Shown here: in pieces, positions 42,601 through 57,600 of the stretch
How the letters are laid out: each line of letters opens with the position of its first letter
How positions within the stretch are numbered: position 1 is the first letter of the stretch
DNA from: the human T2T-CHM13v2.0 reference genome, Homo sapiens
DNA: 64,000 nucleotides
Assembly (NCBI RefSeq): GCF_009914755.1
Contig: NC_060933.1
Reading direction: 5' to 3' (one strand)
Translations under genes and position numbers: made by a program
The notes under the pieces: generated by a model
Told to the model about the DNA's origin: nothing
The model's input: the letters and a program-made list of their open reading frames with translations, nothing else
Database searches by the model: none

Positions 42601-45600
42601 TCCATTCCATTCCATTCCATTCCATTCCATTCCATTCTATTCCATTCCATTGCAATCGAGTTGAATCCATTGCATTTCATTCCATTCCATTCCATTCCAT
42701 TCCATTCCGGAAGTTTCCATTCCATTGCATTCCATTCCATTCCATTCCATTCAATTCCATTCCGTTCCATTCCATTCCATTACATTCGGATTGATTCTAT
42801 TCAACTCCCTTAGTCTCCATTACATTCCATTCCATTCGGGTTGTTCCATTCCATTCCATTCCATTGCACTCCATTCCATTGCACTCGGGTTTATTCCATA
42901 CCATTCCATTCCATTCCATTCAATTCCATTCCATTCCGGAAGATTCCATTCCATTGCATTCCATTCCATTTCATTCCCCTGCACTCGCGTTGATTCCATT
43001 CCATTCCATTCCATTCCATTCCATTCCGTTCCGTTCCATTCCATTCCATTCCATTCCATTCCGTTCCGTTCCATTCCATTCCATTCCATTCTATTCAGGT
43101 TAATTCCATTCCATTCCATTCGATTGCAATCGAGTTGATTCCGTTCCATTCCATTCCATTCCATTCCATTCCATTCCATTCCTTTCCATTCCATTACGGA
43201 TGATTCCATTCCATTGCATTCCATTCCATTCCATTCCCCTGTACTCGGGTTGATTCCATTCCATTCCATTCCAATCCATGCCATTCCACTCGTGTTGATT
43301 CCATTCTTTCCATTCCATTCAAGTTGAATCCATTCCATTGCATTCCATTCCATTCCATTCCCCTGCAGTCGGGTTGATTCCATTCCATTCCATTCCATTC
43401 CATTCCATTCCATTCCATTCCAATCAAGTTGATTCCATTCCATTCCATTCCATTGCATTCCATTCCATTCCACTCCATTCCAGTCCTTTCCATTCCATTC
43501 CACTCGGGTTGATTCCAATGTATTCCTTTCCATTCCATTCCATTCCATTGCAATCGAGTTGATTCCATTTCTTTCCATTCCATTCCATTCGATTCCATTT
43601 CGGATGATTCCATTCCATTGCATTCCATTCCATTCCATTGCCCTGCACTCGGGTTGATTCCATTCCTTTCCACTCCATTCCATTCCATTCCTTTCCATTC
43701 CATTGTATTCGGGTTAATTCCATTCCATTCCATTCCATTCCATTCCATTCCATTACAATCGAGTTGATTCCATTCCATTCCATTCCATTCCAGTCCTTTC
43801 CATTCCATTCCACTCGGGTTGATTCCATTCTATTAGTTTCCATTCCATTCCATTCCATTCCATTCCATTGTATTCGGGTTAATTCCATTCCATTCCATTC
43901 CATTCCATTCCATTCCATTCCATTACAAACGAGTTGATTCCATTCCATTCCATTCCATTCCAGTCCTTTCTATTCCATTCCACTCGGGTTGATTCCATTC
44001 TATTAGTTTCCATTCAATTCCATTCCCTTCCATTCCACTCTGGTTGATTCCATTCCTTTCCATTCCACTCGAATACATTCCCTCCTATTCCACTCGGAAC
44101 GATTCCATTCCATTCGATTCCATTCTTTTCCATTTAATTCCATTTCGTTCCATTCCATTCTATTCCGTATCATTCCATTCCATTCCATTCCATTCCATTC
44201 CATTCCATTCCATTCCATTCCATTCCATTCCATTCCATTGTACTCGGGTTGATTCCATTCCATTGCATTCCATTCCATTCCATTCCATTCCATTCCGTTG
44301 CATTCCATTCCATTACATTCGGATTGATTCTATTCAACTCCCTTACTCTCCATTACATTCCCTTCCATTCGGGTTGTTCCATTCCATTCCATTCAATTCC
44401 ACTCCATTCCATTGCACTCGGGTTGATTCCATTCCATTCCATTCCATTCCATTCCATTCCATTCCATTCCATTCCGGATGATTCCATTCCATTGCATTCC
44501 GTTCCATTACATTCCCCTGCACTCGCGTTGATTCCATTCCATTCCATTCCATTCCATTCAATTCCATTCCATTACAATTCGTTCCATTCCATTCTATTCC
44601 GTACCATTCCATTCCATTCCATACCATTCCATTCCATTCCATTCCATTCCATTCCGTTCCATTCCGTTCCATTCCATTCCATTCCATTCTATTCGGATTA
44701 ATTCCTTTCCATTCCATTCCATTCCATTCTATTCTATTCCATTCCATTGCAATCGAGTTGAATCCATTGCATTTCATTCCATTTCATTCCATTCCATTCC
44801 GGAAGATTCCATTCCATTGCATTCCATTCCATTCCATTCCCCTGCACTCGCGTTGATTCCATTCCATTCCATTCCATTCCATTCCGGATGATTCCATTCC
44901 ATTGCATTCCATTCCATTCCATTCCCCTGCACTCGGTTTGATTCCATTCCATTCCAGTCCATTCCGTTCCATTCCATTCCATTCCATTGTATTCGTGTTA
45001 ATTCCATTCCATTCCATTCCATTCCATTCCATTCCATTCCATTCCATTCCATTACAATCGAGTTGATTCCATTCCATTCCATTCCATTCCATTCCAGTCC
45101 TTTCCATTCCATTCCACTCGGGTTGATTCCATTCTATTAGTTTCCATTCCATTCCATTCCCTTCCATTCCACTCTGGTTGATTCCATTCCTTTCCATTCC
45201 ACTCGAATACATTCCCTCTTATTCCACTCGGAACGATTCCATTCCATTCCATTCCATTCCATTCCATTCCATTCCATTCCATTTCGTTCCATTCCATTCT
45301 ATTCCGTATCATTCCGTATCATTCCATTCCATTCCATTCCATTCCATTGCATTCCATTCCATTCCATTCCACTCGTGTTGATTCCATTCCTTTCCATTCC
45401 ATTCGGTTTGAAGGCATTCCATTCCATTCCATTCCATTCCATTCCATTCCATTCTATTCCATTCCATTCCATTCTATTCCATTGTACTCGGGTTGATTGC
45501 ATTCCATTCCATTCCATTCCATTCCATTCCATTCCATTCCATTCCATTCCGTTGCATTCCATTCCATTACATTCGGATTGATTCTATTCAACTCCCTTAC

Positions 45601-48600
45601 TCTCCATTCCATTCCATTCCATTCGGGTTGTTCCATTCCATTCCATTCCATTCCACTCCATTCCATTGCACTCGGGTTGATTCCATTCCATTCCATTCCA
45701 TTCCATTCCATTCCATTCCATTCCGGATGATTCCATTCCATTGCATTCCGTTCCATTACATTCCCCTGAACTCGCGTTGATTCCATTCCATTCCATTCCA
45801 TTCCATTCAATTCCATTCCATTACAATTCGTTCCATTCCATTCTATTCCGTACCATTCCATTCCATTCCATACCATTCCATTCCAATCCATTCCATTCCA
45901 TTCCATTCCATTCCGTTCCGCTCCGTTCCTTTCCATTCCATTCCATTCCATTCTATTCGGGTTAATTCCATTCCATTCCATTCGATTGCAATAGAGTTGA
46001 TTCCATTCCATTCCATTCCATTCCATTCCTTTCCATTACATTACGGATGATTCCATTCCATTTCATTCCATTCCATTCCATTCCCCTGTACTCGGGTTGA
46101 TTCCATTCCATTCCATTCCAATCCAAGCCATTCCACTCGTGTTGATTCCATTCTTTCCATTCCATTCAAGTTGAATCCATTCCATTGCATTCCATTCCAT
46201 TCGAATCCATTCGATTGCACTCGGGTTGATTCCATGGCATTGCATTCCATTCCATTCCATTCCATTCCATTCCATTCCATTCCATTCCTTTCAATTCCAT
46301 TCCATTCGGATTCATTCTATTCAATTCCCTTACACTCCATTACAATCCATTCGATTCGTGTAGTTTCCATTCCATTCCATTCCATTCCTCTCCATTCCAT
46401 TGCACTCGGGTTGATTCCATTCCATTCCATTCCATTCCATTCCATTCCATTCCATTCCATTCCGGATGATTCCATTCCATTGAATTCCATTCCATTCTAT
46501 TCCCCTGCACTTGGGTTGATTCCATTCCATTCCATTCCATTCCTTTCTGTTCCATTCAATTCCATTCCATTCCATTCTATTCGTGTTAATTCCATTCCAT
46601 TCTATTCCATTGCAATCGAGATGATTCCATTTTTTTGCATTCCATTCCATTCCATTCCATTCCGGATGATTCCATTCCATTGCATTCCATTCCATTCCAT
46701 TCCCCTGCACTCGGGTTGATTCCATTCCATTCCACTCCATTCCATTCCATTCCATTCTATTCCATTGTATTCGGGTTAATTCCATTCCATTCCATTCCAT
46801 TCCATTCCATTCCATTACAATCGAGTTGATTCCATTCCATTCCATTCCATTCCAGTCCTTTCCATTCCATTCCACTCGGGTTGATTCCATTCTATTAGTT
46901 TCCATTCCATTCCATTCCCTTCCATTGTATTCGGGTTAATTCCATTCCATTCCATTCCATTCCATTCCATTCCATTACAAACGAGTTGATTCCATTCCAT
47001 TCCATTCCATTCCAGTCCTTTCCATTCTATTCCACTCGGGTTGATTCCATTCTATTAGATTCCATTCCATTCCATTCCCTTCCATTCCACTCTGGTTGAT
47101 TCCATTCCTTTCCATTCCACTCGAATACATTCCCTCCTATTCCACTAGGAACGATTCCATTCCATTCCATTCCATTCCATTCCATTCCATTCCATTCCAT
47201 TCCATTTCGTTCCATTCCATTCTATTCCGTATCATTCCATTCCATTCCATTCCATTCCATTCCATTCCATTCCATTGTACTCGGGTTGATTCCATTCCAT
47301 TGCATTCCATTCCATTCCATTCCATTCCATTCCGTTGCATTCCATTCCATTACATTCGGATTGATTCTATTCAACTCCCTTACTCTCCATTACATTCCCT
47401 TCCATTCGGGTTGTTCCATTCCTTTCCATTCCATTCCACTCCATTCCATTGCACTCGGGTTGATTCCATTCCATTCCATTCCATTCCATTCCATTCCATT
47501 CCATTCCGGATGATTCCATTCCATTGCATTCCGTTCCATTACATTCCCCTGCACTCGCGTTGATTCCATTCCATTCCATTCCATTCCATTCAATTACATT
47601 CCATTACAATTCGTTCCATTCCATTCTATTCCGTACCATTCCATTCCATTCCATACCATTCCATTCCATTCCATTCCATTCCATTCCGTTCCATTCCGTT
47701 CCATTCCATTCCATTCCATTCTATTCGGATTAATTCCATTCCATTCCATTCCATTCCATTCCATTCCATTCTATTCCATTCCATTGCAATCGAGTTGAAT
47801 CCATTGCATTTCATTCCATTTCATTCCATTCCATTCCGGAAGATTCCATTCCATTGCATTCCATTCCATTCCATTCCCCTGCACTCGCGTTGATTCCATT
47901 CCATTCCATTCCATTCCATTTCGGATGATTCCATTCCATTGCATTCCATTCCATTCCATTCCCCTGCACTCGGGTTGATTCCATTCCATTCCACTCCATT
48001 CCGTTCCATTCCATTCCATTCCATTGTATTCATGTTAATTCCATTCCATTCCATTCCATTCCATTCCATTCCATTCCATTCCATTCCATTACAATCGAGT
48101 TGATTCCATTCCATTCCATTCCATTCCATTCCAGTCCTTTCCATTCCATTCCACTCGGGTTGATTCCATTCTATTAGTTTCCATTCCATTCCATTCCCTT
48201 CCATTCCACTCTGGTTGATTCCATTCCTTTCCATTCCACTCGAATACATTCCCTCTTATTCCACTCGGAACGATTCCATTCCATTCCATTCCATTCCATT
48301 CCATTCCATTCCATTTCGTTCCATTCCATTCTATTCCGTATCATTCCATTCCATTCCATTCCATTCCATTCCACTCGTGTTGATTCCATTCCTTTCCATT
48401 CCATTCGGTTTGAAGGCATTCCGTTCCATTCCATTCCATTCCATTCCATTCCATTCCATTCCATTCCATTCCATTCTATTCCATTGTACTCGGGTTGATT
48501 GCATTAAATTCCATTCCATTCCATTCCATTCCATTCCATTCCATTCCATTCCGTTGCATTCCATTCCATTACATTCGGATTGATTCTATCCAACTCCCTT

Positions 48601-51600
48601 ACTCTCCATTACATTCCATTCCATTCGGGTTGTTCCATTCCATTCCATTCCATTCCACTCCATTCCATTGCACTCGGGTTGATTCCATTCCATTCCATTC
48701 CATTCCATTCCATTCCATTGCGGATGATTCCATTCCATTGCATTCCGTTCCATTACATTCCCCTGCACTCGCGTTGATTCCATTCCATTCCATTCCATTC
48801 CATTCATTTCCATTCCATTACAATTAGTTCCATTCCATTCTATTCCGTACCATTCCATTCCATTCCATACCATTCCATTCCAATCCATTCCATTCCATTC
48901 CATTCCATTCCATTCCGCTCCGTTCCTTTCCATTCCATTCCATTCCATTCTATTCGGGTTAATTCCATTCCATTCCATTCGATTGCAATAGAGTTGATTC
49001 CATTCCATTCCATTCCATTCCATTCCTTTCCATTACATTACGGATGATTCCATTCCATTTCATTCCATTCCATTCCATTCCCGTGTACTCGGGTTGATTC
49101 CATTCCATTCCATTCCAATCCAAGCCATTCCACTCGTGTTGATTCCATTCTTTCCATTCCATTCAAGTTGAATCCATTCCATTGCATTCCATTCCATTCG
49201 AATCCATTCGATTGCACTCGGGTTGATTCCATGGCATTGCATTCCATTCCATTCGATTCCATTCGATTCCATTCCTTTCAATTCCATTCCATTCGGATTC
49301 ATTCTATTCAATTCCCTTACACTCCATTACAATCCATTCGACTCGTGTAGTTTCCATTCCATTCCATTCCATTCCTCTCCATTCCATTGCACTCGGGTTG
49401 ATTCCATTCCATTCCATTCCATTCCATTCCATTCCATTCCATTCCATTCCATTCCATTCCGGATGATTCCATTCCATTGAATTCCATTCCATTCCATTCC
49501 CCTGCACTTGGGTTGATTCCATTCCATTCCATTCCTTTCCTTTCTGTTCCATTCCATTCCATTCCATTCCATTCCATTCCGGAAGATTCCATTCCATTGC
49601 ATTCCATTCCATTGCATTCCCCTGCACTTGCGTTGATTCCATTCCATTCCATTCCATTCCATTACGTTCCGTTCCATTCCATTCCATTCCATTCTATTCG
49701 GGTTAATTCCATTCCACTTCATTCGATTGCAATCGAGTTGATTCCATTCCATTGCATTCCATTCCATTCGATTCCATTCGATCGCACTCGGGTTGATTCC
49801 ATTCCATTGCATTCCATTCCATTCCATTCCATTCCATTCCATTCCGTTCCATTCCTTTCCATTACATTCGGATTGACTCTATTCAATTCCCTTACACTCC
49901 ATTACATTCCATTCCATTCGGGTAGTTTCCACTCCATTCCATTCCATTTCTCTCCATTCCATTGCACTCGGGTTGATTCCATTCCTTTGCATTCCATTCC
50001 ATTCCATTCCATTCCGTTCCATTCCATTACATTACATTCGGATTGATTCTATTCAATTCCCTTACACTCCATTACATTCCATTCCATTCGGGTAGATTCC
50101 ATTCCATTCCATTCCATTCCTCTCCATTCCATTGCACTCGGGTTGATTCCATTCCATTGCATTCCATTCCATTCCATTCAATTCCATTCCGTTTCATTCC
50201 ATTCCATTACATTCGGATTGATTCTATTCAACTCCCTTACTCTCCATTACATTCCATTCCATTCGGGCTTTTCCATTCCATTCCATTCCATTCCACTCCA
50301 TTCCATTGCACTCGGGTTTATTCCATTCCATTCAATTCCATTCCATTCCATTCCATTCTGGAAGATTCCATTCCATTACATTCCATTCCATTCCATACCC
50401 CTGCACTCGCGTTGATTCCATTCCATTCCATTCCATTCCATTCCTTTCCGTTCCATTCCATTGCATTCCATTCCATTCCATTCCATTCCATTCCATTCCG
50501 TTCCGTTCCGTTCCATTCCATTCCATTCCATTCTATTCGGGTTAATTCCATTCCATTCCATTCGATTGCAATCGAGTTGATTCCATTCCATTCCATTCCA
50601 TTCCATTCCATTCCATTCCATTCCATTCCATTCCTATCCATTCCATTACGGATGATTCCATTCCATTGCATTCCATTCCATTGCATTCCCCTGTACTCGG
50701 GTACATTCCATTCCATTCCATTCCAATCCATGCCATTCCACTCGTGTTGATTCCATTCTTTCCATTCCATTCAAGTTGAATCCATTCCATTGCATTCCAT
50801 TCCATTCCATTCCCCTGCAGTCGGGTTGATTCCATTCCATTCCATTCCATTCCATTCCATTCCATTCCGTTCTGTTCCGTTCCGTTCCATTCCATTCCTG
50901 TCCATTCTATTCGGGTTAATTCCATTCCATTCCATTCCATTCCATTCCATTCCATTCCAATGGAGTTGATTCCATTCCATTCCATTCCATTCCATTCCAC
51001 TCCATTCCAGTCCTTTCCATTCCATTCCACTCGGGTTGATTCCAATGTATTCCTTTCCATTCCATTCCATTCCATTGCAATCGAGTTGATTCCATTGCTT
51101 TGCATTCCATTCCATTCCATTCCATTCCGGATGATTCCATTCCATTGCATTCCATTCCATTCCATTCCCCTGCACTCGGGTTGATTCCATTCCATTCCAC
51201 TCCATTCCGTTCCATTCCATTCCATTCCATTGTATTCGGGTTAATTCCATTCCATTCCATTCCATTCCATTCCATTACAATCGAGTTGATTCCATTCCAT
51301 TCAATTCCATTCCATTCCATTCCAGTCCTTTCCATTCCATTCCACTCGGGTTGATTCCATTCTATTAGTTTCCATTCCATTCCATTCCCTTCCATTCCAC
51401 TCTGGTTGATTCCATTCCTTTCCATTCCACTCGAATACATTCCCTCCTATTCCACTCGGAACGATTCCAATCCATTCCATTCCATTCCATTGCATTCCAT
51501 TCCACTTCGTTCCATTCCATTCTATTCCGTATCATTCCATTCCATTCCATTCCATTCCACTCGTGTTGATTCCATTCATTTCCATTCTATTCGGTTTGAA

Positions 51601-54600
51601 GGCATTCCATTCCATTCCATTCCATTCCATTCTATTCCATTCCATTGTACTCGGGTTGATTGCATTCCATTGCATTCCATTCCATTCTATTCCGTTGCAT
51701 TCCATTCCATTACATTCGAATTGATTCTATTCAACTCCATTACTCTCCATTACATTCCATTCCATTCGGTTTGTTCCATTCCATTCCATTCCATTCCACT
51801 CCATCCCATTGCACTCGGGTTGATTCCATTCCATTCCATTCCATTCCATTCCATTCCATTCCATTCCATTCCATTCCATTCCATTCGACTGCAATCGAGT
51901 TATTTCCACTCCATTCCATTCCATTCCATTCCATTCCATTCCATTCCATTCCATTCTTCCCATTCCATTCAAGTTGAATCCATTCCATTGCATTCCATTC
52001 CATTCCATTCCCCTGCAGTCGGGTTGATTCCATTCCATTCCATTCGACAGCAATCGGGTTGATTCCATTCCATTCCATTCCATTCCATTCCATTCCATTC
52101 CATACCATTCCTTTCCATTCCATTACGGATGATTCCATTCCATTGCATTCCATTCCATTCCATTCCCCTGTACTCGAGTTGATTCCATTCCATTGCATTC
52201 CAATCCATGCCCTTCCACTCGTGTTGATTCCATTCTTTCCATTCCATTCAACTTGAATCCATTCCATTGCATTCCATTCCATTCGATTCCATTCGATTGC
52301 ACTCGGGTTGATTCCATTCCATTCCATTCCATTCCATTCCATTCCGTTCCATTCCATTCCGTTACATTCGGATTGATTCTATTCAATTCCCTTACACTCC
52401 ATTACATTCCATTCCATTCGGGTAGTTTCCATTCCATTCCATTCCATTCCTCTCCATTCCATTGCACTCGGGTTGATTCTATTCCATTGCATTCCATTCC
52501 ATTCCATTCAATTCCATTCCGTTCCATTCCATTCCATTACATTCGGATTGACTCTATTCAACTCCCTTACTCTCCATTCCATTCCATTCCATTCCATTCC
52601 ATTCCATTCCATTCCATTCCATTGTACTCGGGTTGATTCCATTCCATTGCATTCCATTCCATTCCATTCAATTCCATTCCGTTCCATTCCATTCCATTAC
52701 ATTCGGATTGACTCTATTCAACTCCCTTACTCTCCATTACATTCCATTCCATTCGGGTTGTTCCATTCCATTCCATTCCATTCCACTCCATTCCATTGCA
52801 CTCGGGTTTATTCCATTCCATTCCATTCCATTCCATTCCATTCCATTCCATTCCATTCCATTCCGGAATCTTCCATTCCATTGCATTCCATTCCATTCCA
52901 TTCCCCTGCACTCGCGTTGATTCCATTCCATTCCATTCCATTCCATTCCATTCCATTCCTTTCCGTTCCATTCCATTCCATTCCATTCCATTCCGTTCCG
53001 TTCCGTTCCGTTCCGTTCCATTCCATTCCATTCCACTCTATTCGGGTTAATTCCATTCCATTCCATTCCATTCCATTCCATTGCATTCCATTCCATTCCA
53101 TTACAATCGAGTTGATTCCATTCCATTCCATTCCATTCCATTCCAGTCCTTTCCATTCCATTCCACTCGGGTTGATTCCATTCTATTAGTTTCCATTCCA
53201 TTCCATTCCCTTCCATTCCACTCTGGTTGATTCCATTCCTTTCCATTCCACTCGAATACATTCCCTCCTATTCCACTCGGAACGATTCCATTCCATTCCA
53301 TTCCATTCCATTCCATTCCATTCCATTCCATTCCAGTTCGTTGCATTCCATTCTATTCCGTACCATTCCATTCCATTCCATTCCTTTCCAATCCATTCCT
53401 TTCCACTCGTGTTGATTCCATTCCTTTCCATTCCTTTCGGTTTGAAGGCATTCCATTCCATTCCATTCCATTCCATTCCATTCCATTCTCTTCCATTCCA
53501 TTGCAATCGAGTTTAATCCATTGCCTTTCATTCCGTTCCATTCCATTCCATTCCATTCCGGAAGATTCCATTCCATTACATTCCATTCCATTCCATTCCC
53601 CTGCACTCGCGTTGATTCCAATCCATTCCAATCCATTCCATTCCGTTCCGTTCCATTCCATTCCATTCCATTCCATTCAATTCCATTCCATTCCATTCCG
53701 TTCCGTTCCATTCCATTCCATTCCATTCTATTCGGGTTAATTCCATTCCATTCCATTCGATTGCCATCGAGTTGATTACATTCCATTCCATTCCATTCCA
53801 TTCCATTCCATTCCATTCCATTCCTTTCCATTCCTTTACGGATGACTCCATTCCATTGCATTCCATTCCATTCCATTCCCCTGTACTCGGGTTGATTCCA
53901 TTCCATTCCATTCCACTCCATTCGGTTCCGTTGCATTCCATTCTATTGCATTCCATTCTATTCGGGTTAATTCCATTCCATTCTATTCCATTCCATTCCA
54001 TTCCATTCCATTGCAATGGAGTTGATTCCATTCCATTCCATTCCGTTCCGGATTATTCCATTCCATTGCATTCCATTCCATTCCATTCCCCTGCACTCGT
54101 GTTGATTCCATTCCCTTCCATTCCATTCCATTCCATTCCATTCCATTCTTTTCCGATTAATTCCATTCCATTCCATCCCATTCCATTCCATTGCAATCGA
54201 GTTGATTCCATTCCATTCCTTTCCATTCCATTCCATTGCCTTGCATTCCACTCGGGTTGATTCCATTCCCTTTTTTCCACTCCATTACATTCCCTTCCAT
54301 TCCACTCGGAATGATTGATTCCATTCCATTCCATTCCATTTCATTCCATTGCAATCCATTCCAATCCATTCCATTCCATTCCATTCCACTCGAGTTGACT
54401 TCATTCCATTCCTTTCCATTCCATTCCATTCCATTCCTTTCCACTCGACTTGATTCCATTCCATTCCAATCCATTGCATTCCATTCCATGCCATTCCACT
54501 CTGGTTGATTCCATTCCTTTGCATTCCATTCCATTCCATTCCATTGCATTCCATTCCATTCCATTCCGTTGCATTCCATTCCATTACATTCGGATTGATT

Positions 54601-57600
54601 CTATTCAACTCCCTTACTCTCCATTACATTCCATTCCATTCGGGTTGTTCCATTCCATTCCATTCCATTCCACTCCATTCCATTGCACTCGGGTTGATTC
54701 CATTCCATTCCATTCCATTCCATTCCATTCCATTCCATTCCATTCCATTCCATTCCATTCCATTCCCCTGCAGTCGGGTTGACTCCATTCCATTCCATTC
54801 CATTCCATTCCATTCCATTCCATTCCGTTCCGTTCCGTTCAATTCCATTCCATTCCATTCTATTCGGGTTAATTCCATTCCATTCCATTCCATTCCATTC
54901 TATTCCATTCCATTCCAATCGAGTTGATTCCATTCCATTCCATTCCATTCCATTCCACTCCATTCCAGTCCTTTCCATTCCATTACACTCGGGTTGATTC
55001 CATTCTATTCCTTTCCACTCCATTCCATTCCATTGCAATAGAGTTGATTCCATTGCTTTGCATTCCATTCCATTCCATTCCATTCCGGATGATTCCATTC
55101 CATTGCATTCCATTCCATTACATTCCCCTGCACTCGGGTTGATACCATTCCATTCCATTCCATTCCATTCCATTCGATTCCGGATGATTCCATTCCGTGC
55201 CATTCCATTCCATTCCATTCCCCTGCACTCGGGTTGATTACATTCCATTTCCTTCCCTTCCATTCCTTTCCATTCCATTCCATTCCATTCTATTCGGGTG
55301 AATTCCATTCCATTCCATTCCATTCCATTCCATTCCATTCCATTCCATTGCAATCGAGTTGATTCCATTCCATTCCATTCCATTCCGTTCCGGATGATTC
55401 CATTCCATTCCATTCCATTCCATTACATTCTTCTGCAGTCGGGTTGATTCCATTCCATTCCATTCCATTCCATTCCATTCGATTCCAATCGAGTTGATTC
55501 CATTCCATTCCATTCCATTGCATTCCACTCCATTCCAGTCCTTTCCATTCCATTACACTCGGGTTGATTCCATTCTATTCCTTTCCACTCCATTCCATTC
55601 CATTGCAATCGATTTGACTCCATTGCTTTGCATTCCATTCCATTCCATTCCATTCCGGATGATTCCATTCCATTGCATTCCATTCCATTCCATTCCCCTG
55701 CACTCGGGTTGATTCCATTCCATTCCACTCCTTTCCGTTCCATTCCGTTCCATTCCATTTTATTCGGGTTAATTCCATTCCATTCCATTCCATTCCATTC
55801 CATTCCATTCCATTACAATCGAGTTGATTCCATTCCATTCCATTCCATTCCATTCCATTCCAGTCCTTTCCATTCCATTCCACTCGGTTTGATTCCATTC
55901 TATTAGTTTCCATTCCATTCCATTCCCTTCCATTCCACTCTGGTTGATTCCATTCCTTTCCATTCCACTCGAATACATTCCCTCCTATTCCAGTCGGAAC
56001 GATTCCATTCCATTCCATTCCATTCCATTCCATTCCATTCCATTCCAGTTCGTTCCATTCCATTCTATTCCGTACCATTCCATTCCATTCCATTCCTTTC
56101 CATTCCATTCCTTTCCACTCGTGTTGATTCCATTCCTTTCCATTCCATTCGGTTTGAAGGCATTCCATTCCATTCAATTCCATTCCATTCCATTCCATTC
56201 CATTCCATTCCATTCTATTCCATTCCATTGCAATCGAGTTGAATCCATTGCCTTTCATTCCATTCCATTCCATTCCATTCCATTCCGGATGATTCCATTC
56301 CATTACATTCCATTCCATTCCATTCCCCTGCACTCGCGTTGATTCCATTCCATTCCATTCCATTCCATTCCGTTCCGTTCCATTCCATTCCATTCCATTC
56401 CATTCCATTCCGTTCCGTTCCATTCCATTCCATTCCATTCTATTCGGGTTAATTCCATTCCATTCCATTCGATTGCCATCGAGTTGAGTCCATTCCATTC
56501 CATTCCATTCCATTCCTTTCCATTCCATTACGGATGACTCCATTCCATTGCATTCCATTCCATTCCATTCCCCTGTACTCGGGTTGATTCCATTCCATTC
56601 CATTCCACTCCATTCGGTTCCGTTGCATTCCATTCTATTGCATTCCATTCTATTCGGGTTAATTCCATTCCATTCTATTCCATTCCATTCCATTCCATTG
56701 CAATGGAGTTGATTCCATTCCATTCCATTCCATTCCGGATGATTCCATTCCATTGCATTCCATTCCTTTCCATTCCTCTGCACTCGTGTTCTTTCCATTC
56801 CGTTCCATTCCATTCCATTCCATTCTATTCCGGTTAATTCCATTCCATTCCATTCCATTCCATTCCATTGCAATCGAGTTGATTGCATTCCATTCCTTTC
56901 CATTCCAATCCATTGCCTTGCATTCCACTCGGGTTGATTCCATTCCCTTCTTTCCACTCCATTACATTCCCTTCCATTCCACTCGGAATGATTGATTCCA
57001 TTCCATTCCATTCCATTTCATTCCATTGCAATCCATTCCAATCCATTCCATTCCATTCCATTCCACTCGAGTTGACTTCATTCCATTCCTTTCCATTCCA
57101 TTCCATTCCTTTCCACTCGATTTGATTCCATTCCATTCCAATCCATGGCATTCCATTCCATGCCATTCCACTCGGGTTGATTCCATTCCTTTGCATTCCA
57201 TTCCATTCCATTCCATTCCATTCCGTTGCTTTCCATTCCATTACATTCGGATTGATTCTATTCAACTCCCTTACTCTCCATTACATTCCATTCCATTCGG
57301 GTTGTTCCATTCCATTCCATTCCATTCCACTCCATTCCATTGCACTCGGGTTGATTCCATTCCATTCCATTCCATTCCATTCCATTCCGGATGATTCCAT
57401 TCCATTGCATTCCATTCCATTACATTCCCCTGCACTCGCGTTGATTCCATTCCATTCCATTCCATTCCATTCAATTCCATTCCATTACAATTCGTTCCAT
57501 TCCATTCTATTCCGTACCATTCCATTCCATTCCATACCATTCCATTCCATTCCATTCCATTCCGTTCCGTTCCATTCCATTCCATTCCATTCCATTCCAT

